A DNA stretch of 64,000 nucleotides, taken from positions 713-64,712 of the IMG/VR virus record IMGVR_UViG_3300047160_035978; one strand, 5' to 3'. This DNA is from a virus. Its lineage: Duplodnaviria > Caudoviricetes. Under the pieces are notes generated by a model. The model was not told the DNA's origin, ran no database searches, and was given only the letters and a program-made list of their open reading frames with translations. A program made the position numbers and the translations under genes. This document shows positions 63,420 to 64,000 of the stretch, in pieces. Every line of letters begins with the position of its first letter. The first letter of the stretch is position 1.

Positions 63420-64000
63420 ATCACGAGATGAAAGTCAGCCGCATCGAGCGTCCATTCGAGGTCTACTGCTTCTCTGACCGTTGGGATGGCGGCACCGCAC
63501 TGCTGCGGGAGTGGACCCGCACCGCGCCGAACGGCCGCGTGGACCACTGTGGCGAAATCCTATTCCACACCAGCTATGGCAGCTACGCCTACACCTGGTC
63601 ATCGATGGCCACGAGGCTGAAGCACTTCTTGGCCGAGGCGGGGCGCCGAGGGGAATGTGGCTACATCATGGGAAAGTTCGCCGGCTCGGAACTCACGGAG
63701 CCCGACCGGGAGGCGACTGCCAACGAGTTTCGCAAGGGCGTGATCGAGCGGCGGCGCGAGAAGCGGCTAACCAAGGATCAGGCGCGCGAGGATTGGACCA
63801 TGATCGCCAATTACGAATGCGACACGATCGAGCGCCTGGTCGATGCCGTGAGCGATACGCACACCTTCGATGCCAACTGCTACGAGCACGTCTGCACGCG
63901 GATGAAGCCGGCGCACAAGCACTTCTGGGAAAACATCTTCCTCCCGCTCTGCAAGTGCCTGGAGCGGGAATTGCGCCCGGTTGAAGAGGCCGCTGCATGA
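63416..64000 (+). CDS. Hypothetical protein
   Basis: 194-aa ORF, ATGA overlap with dam. Confidence 0.65.
   Translation: MNHEMKVSRIERPFEVYCFSDRWDGGTALLREWTRTAPNGRVDHCGEILFHTSYGSYAYTWSSMATRLKHFLAEAGRRGECGYIMGKFAGSELTEPDREATANEFRKGVIERRREKRLTKDQAREDWTMIANYECDTIERLVDAVSDTHTFDANCYEHVCTRMKPAHKHFWENIFLPLCKCLERELRPVEEAAA

Larger units (their letters stand above)
1..64000. mobile_element. Temperate myovirus-type phage/prophage (lambdoid early region, Bcep781-like contractile-tail module); extends beyond the window
   Basis: Contiguous cI/cro, replication, Q, terminase, portal, capsid, sheath/tube, baseplate, lysis and recombination genes; no host housekeeping genes; integrase not in window. Confidence 0.95.

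Noticed and set aside
63416-64000. Integrase or attachment site at the window ends
   Set aside because: No tyrosine or serine recombinase motifs and no terminal direct repeat are seen; they probably lie outside the window.

Overview
The window is most of a temperate, GC-rich proteobacterial phage or prophage; no integrase or att site is visible. Layout is lambdoid. cI (44665-45663) and cro face away from each other across OR. The leftward operon runs cro, CII-like, replication initiator, DnaB, Q-like, terminases, DUF1073 portal, DUF2213 protease, DUF2184 capsid, a contractile (DUF3383/DUF3277, Bcep781-like) tail, tail fibres and lysis genes. The rightward operon from PL (~48780) carries ERF, YqaJ and SSB recombination genes and a DNA-modification cluster. 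Two RNA-based systems stand out. (1) A cassette inserted in the baseplate module (11510-14139) holds divergent Arc-family repressors and a translationally coupled operon with a stand-alone RAMP/Cas7-like gene and a partner gene. It ends in a non-coding array of 29 GGY-NN pentamers in three phase-shifted segments, closed by an intrinsic terminator; this looks like an RNA-guided module without CRISPR repeats. (2) A complete diversity-generating retroelement (avd, 110-bp TR, RT) with three dispersed variable regions. All 48 TR/VR mismatches fall at TR adenines, and the targets are small early-region C-type-lectin-like (DUF1566-like) proteins, not the tail fibre. Family names come from motif recognition by eye, not from database searches.
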